DNA of 45,762 nucleotides from a virus: IMG/VR virus record IMGVR_UViG_3300040985_000986, positions 1 to 45,762 of that record; one strand, 5' to 3'. Shown piece by piece: positions 42,928 to 45,762 of this stretch (position 1 is its first letter; each line of letters starts with the position of its first letter). The notes under the pieces were generated by a model. It saw only the letters and a program-made list of their open reading frames with translations, ran no database searches and was not told where the DNA came from. The position numbers and the translations under genes were made by a program.

Positions 42928-43611
42928 TTACTTCTTTTTGCCGTAAAGACGGTCCATCGTCGGGCCGGGATTGTTGAACACATCCCCTGAAAGGCCCTTA
43001 GTTGCGGGGGCGTCTCCGCCCTTCACAACCTTGTCCTCGCTCAAGCGCGACCCGAAATAGCGGAACATCCGCACCATCTCGGGGTGAACGTCCAGACCGG
43101 ACGTCTTTAGCAGCGACTGTAGTTCGTTAGAGGCACCCATCCGGTATGCCTTACGCGCGAGACCAACGCTTTCGTCGAGCTTCGCCCCTCCGATCTCTGG
43201 GTCGGAGGCTACCTCGTTCGCCCAAGTCTGCACTTGGGTGGCCAGAACTTGTTTCTGCCGTTCCGCAATACGCGGAGCGACGGAGTCGATCAGGGACTGC
43301 GCCTTGTCTTGCGGCAAGTCGAGCTCCTTCGCCGTAGTCTCGAAAGTAGCGAGGACATCTGAATCCAACGAGTCGACACCACCAGGCGTCGAGAATTGCT
43401 CGTAGGTTTCAGGTGCTCCTTCAGGGACCACGGCCGCCGGCGCCTCAGAGCCAGGCTCTGCGGGCGGCGTCGATTGTTCAGTCGGCTGCTGTTCAGCGTC
43501 GCCTTCGACAATGCTTACCGAGCTCTGCTCGGTTGACTCTGTCGGAGTTTCAGCTGGAGCCGGCGTCCCTTCTTGAAGCTCGGGGGTATCGGTCTCTTGG
43601 GTTTCTGTCAC
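42928..43611 (-). CDS. Scaffolding protein candidate (227 aa).
   Basis: Acidic T/E/P/A-rich N-terminus and helical C-terminus. Lies directly upstream of the capsid gene. Confidence 0.65.
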   Translation of the reverse strand: MTETQETDTPELQEGTPAPAETPTESTEQSSVSIVEGDAEQQPTEQSTPPAEPGSEAPAAVVPEGAPETYEQFSTPGGVDSLDSDVLATFETTAKELDLPQDKAQSLIDSVAPRIAERQKQVLATQVQTWANEVASDPEIGGAKLDESVGLARKAYRMGASNELQSLLKTSGLDVHPEMVRMFRYFGSRLSEDKVVKGGDAPATKGLSGDVFNNPGPTMDRLYGKKK

Positions 43612-43910
43612 GGGTTCTCCCGCATCATGGGGGCGTAAGTTTCGGGGCAGAGGTCGAAGATGCGGTCGACAATTTCCACTTGCACGAAGTCCGCGACGCC
43701 AACATGACGAGCCATCGTCAAGCTATGCGTATCGAAGTTCTTGGAGCGGTTGCGGCCGTTCTTCAGGAGTCGCGCTACGATGCGACGACCCCACTCTGCG
43801 CGCATGAGCCTGACAAGGTCTTCGTCCTCCAGAACTAAACGGGCCCGCACTCTCCCCGAGGAGACAGCGCGGTCGGCTTCGATCTGAGACTTGGTCTTGA
43901 TGCCAGGCAC
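43608..43910 (-). CDS. Hypothetical protein (100 aa).
   Basis: ORF overlapping the scaffold start by 4 nt. No motif recognised. Confidence 0.55.
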   Translation of the reverse strand: MPGIKTKSQIEADRAVSSGRVRARLVLEDEDLVRLMRAEWGRRIVARLLKNGRNRSKNFDTHSLTMARHVGVADFVQVEIVDRIFDLCPETYAPMMRENP

Positions 43911-43949
43911 GGGATAAAGGCTAGCACGCGGCTACCCCACCCTGGGCCC

Positions 43950-44240
43950 CTAGACGCTCTTGGCCTTCTCGATGTTCTCTTGGCGGGTTGCTGGGCCACG
44001 GCGGAGGTTGATCCCGGTGTAAGCCAAGAGCACCGCTGCGCCGATGTCGATGACATGCTGCATCAGGGATGTCCAGCCGAAGCCAGCAGCACTCACTAGC
44101 TCGTCGCGGTGTTCGGCAGTGATGGTGCCGCTCTCGACCAGCTTGTTGAGAACCTCCATAGTGGCTTCGGATGCGGTGGTGCAGCCGGTCACGAACAAGC
44201 AAACTGCGGCCAGTGCCGCCCATCGGATTACGTTTCTCAT
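43950..44240 (-). CDS. Lipoprotein with a C-terminal transmembrane helix (96 aa); unimolecular-spanin-like topology.
   Basis: Signal peptide plus lipobox AAVCLFVTGC, a later TM segment VIDIGAAVLLAYTGI, then a basic tail RRGPATRQ. Confidence 0.5.
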   Translation of the reverse strand: MRNVIRWAALAAVCLFVTGCTTASEATMEVLNKLVESGTITAEHRDELVSAAGFGWTSLMQHVIDIGAAVLLAYTGINLRRGPATRQENIEKAKSV

Positions 44241-44512
44241 AGTTGTTTCAGAAGCAGAACGGAGATGACAGGGATCATGCCGGCGACTGCGCCCCAGATT
44301 CCTGCCTTGACTTTCAGGCTTTGGATGTCGGTCCTCAACTGAGCGATCTCAGTCATAATCCCCATCTCGACTTGCTGCCGGTTGCGCCGCTCGTGTTTGA
44401 TCGTGGCAGCAGTCTGGTCGTTCATTCGGGTCAGACTTCCATCCAGCCGCTTGAGTTCGCTCAATACGAGACGCTGGTATGTGCTCCAGTCAGATGATTC
44501 ATTCTCAGGCAT
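44237..44512 (-). CDS. Coiled-coil protein with a single C-terminal TM helix (91 aa), possibly lysis or membrane associated.
   Basis: Contains AGIWGAVAGMIPVISVLLL near the C-terminus. ATGA overlap with the lipoprotein gene. Confidence 0.5.
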   Translation of the reverse strand: MPENESSDWSTYQRLVLSELKRLDGSLTRMNDQTAATIKHERRNRQQVEMGIMTEIAQLRTDIQSLKVKAGIWGAVAGMIPVISVLLLKQL

Positions 44513-44526
44513 GGCTAGGAGAAGAG

Positions 44527-45762
44527 TTAAGGCTTAATGAACAGAAGCTGGACGCGCACTTTGGGGTTCGCAGCTACGTGCGCTGGATCGACAGCCTCAA
44601 GAGTCAACGCCCACTCCCAGCACTCACCAATAACGACTGGCGAGGTAGACCACACGCCGCATGCGCGGGATACCCCACCCTGCGAGATAGAAACGCCTGG
44701 CACTCGGGGGATAAGACCGCCCGAGCCAGAGTTCGGATACAAGTCTACGGTGCCCCCGAACTGCGGTGCCCACATTGCCGTTTTGAGGCCCACCACCCCT
44801 GGAGTCAGGGTGATGTTGGTGGACGCGACTACGTCAGGAGCAAACAGCGCGGTGGTGAATGCCCCGGTGCCGGGAGTGACCACCACATCCACTCCCGCAC
44901 TAACAGTCGGCACGAACAGTGTCGCCGTCAGCGCGAAGGTTGCAGGCGTGACGCTGATGTGATCCGTCGCAACGACAGTCGGCTCAAACAGTGCCGTAGT
45001 GAGCGAACCTGTGGTCGGCGTGACGCTGATGTGATCCGTCGCAACGACAGTCGGCGCGAACAGTGAGGTCGTGAGCGACCCGGTGCCGGGGGTTACATCT
45101 ACGTTCGTCGCGGCGGCAGGCTCGACGATCATCGGCTGCTGCGGCGCGTAGGCTACGCCGGGACCATCGGTGGACGTTGTCGTCGTCGAGTCCGTCGTCA
45201 GCGCCGAGCCAACCAATCCGTCGAGATACGATGAACCGATGTGATCGAATAAAGGCCAACTCGCCCAAGCCCCCGGCAGAGGTGTCACTTGTTGCGACTG
45301 CCGGATGATCTCGCCGTCAGACAGGGCACGCCGGAACGTCACTAGTTGCGACAGATCGCCTTGCAGTCCTCGGGTGTCGTATTTATTGGTGTTGCCGAAA
45401 TTCTCGAGAGTCATAGTGGCCGATCGGCCAGAAACATCAGTCGTCTGCGTTCCCTCGACTACGCCGTTGATCAACATCTGGAGAACGGTTGGCGATGATC
45501 GGCGTATCGCTACGTGCGTCCATACGTTGTCTCCCAGGGCAGAGGTCGAGGTTGCGCCACCACCGACCCAGCCCTTATAGGTCACGACTACGATATTGCC
45601 GCTGCTATTGGTCCCGAGGTATTCTTGTGACCCACTAGTGGTAGTCACGCCATACCACAGAAAAGCGGTCTTGCGATCGGCTGAGGCGACCCTGACCCAC
45701 ATGCAGACCGTGTAGTCCGCATCCCCCAGTGTCAGGTATGACGCAGCCGGGGTTTTGAATAT
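44527..45762 (-). CDS. LamG/concanavalin-like fibre protein with C-terminal 24-aa tandem repeats. The ORF runs across the circular junction.
   Basis: LamG-like core ...DYTVCMWVRV...FLWYG...VWTHVAI...LINGV.... In the closed circle the frame stays open up to the stop of the 165-aa gene. The likely start is GTG at window 161..159, preceded by GGGGAG 8 nt upstream, which gives 429 aa. Confidence 0.75.
   Translation of the reverse strand: MFKTPAASYLTLGDADYTVCMWVRVASADRKTAFLWYGVTTTSGSQEYLGTNSSGNIVVVTYKGWVGGGATSTSALGDNVWTHVAIRRSSPTVLQMLINGVVEGTQTTDVSGRSATMTLENFGNTNKYDTRGLQGDLSQLVTFRRALSDGEIIRQSQQVTPLPGAWASWPLFDHIGSSYLDGLVGSALTTDSTTTTSTDGPGVAYAPQQPMIVEPAAATNVDVTPGTGSLTTSLFAPTVVATDHISVTPTTGSLTTALFEPTVVATDHISVTPATFALTATLFVPTVSAGVDVVVTPGTGAFTTALFAPDVVASTNITLTPGVVGLKTAMWAPQFGGTVDLYPNSGSGGLIPRVPGVSISQGGVSRACGVWSTSPVVIGECWEWALTLEAVDPAHVAANPKVRVQLLFIKP
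44740..45110 (-). repeat. About five tandem 72-bp (24-aa) coding repeats.
   Basis: Units VTPxTGSLTTxLFxPTVVATDHIS. A 39-bp core, ggcgtgacgctgatgtgatccgtcgcaacgacagtcggc, is identical at 44945..44983 and 45017..45055. Confidence 0.8.
45656..45762. repeat. Terminal overlap, copy 2, identical to 1..107.
   Basis: Same 107-nt string as the window start. The unique genome length is therefore 45,655 bp. Confidence 0.95.

Noticed and set aside
1-45762. Temperate lifestyle or an integrated prophage with host flanks.
   Set aside because: No integrase, excisionase, CI/Cro-type divergent switch or attachment-site-like flanks were recognised. The window closes on itself, so there is no host DNA. The small HTH proteins alone are insufficient evidence.

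Overview
The window is a complete, circularly closed phage genome. Bases 1..107 are identical to 45656..45762, so the unique length is 45,655 bp. It is GC-rich and very tightly packed, with many ATGA or TAATG stop/start overlaps.

There are two transcription arms. The plus-strand arm (about 10.1-19.8 kb) carries small Cys-rich early genes and a replication module: DUF6011 protein, SNF2 helicase, DUF2800 PD-(D/E)XK nuclease, DUF2815 SSB-like protein, family-A DNA polymerase and an HTH protein. The minus-strand arm starts at about 9.95 kb, runs through the circular junction and ends at 19,789. In order it encodes:
- prim-pol/helicase, RusA, small coupled genes, TerS and TerL
- a GNAT-like protein and a T7-type portal
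- four virion or fibre-like proteins, then lysis-like membrane proteins
- scaffold, major capsid protein, and two possible decoration (cement) proteins
- a T7-like tail and ejection series: adaptor (gp11-like, here fused to a very large esterase/fibre module), nozzle (gp12-like), and internal virion proteins of 214 aa, 747 aa and 3,425 aa

I could not recognise a phage RNAP, integrase, endolysin, tRNA, CRISPR array or reverse transcriptase.

The main candidates for new biology are:
- the 3,425-aa polyvalent ejection protein, with two HExxH zincin motifs, an ART-PolyVal-like module and an HhH-glycosylase-like motif, partly inside a lower-GC island
- the 1,426-aa tail adaptor, whose SGNH esterase blocks are split by a roughly 1,000-aa repeat-rich insertion
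- a perfect 43-bp repeat shared by an early zinc-ribbon gene and the antisense strand of the giant gene
- a GTAGCCCGT iteron cluster next to the primase gene
- conserved CTAACC junction cassettes between the early genes

All functional calls rest on motif recognition by eye and on gene order. No database search was run.
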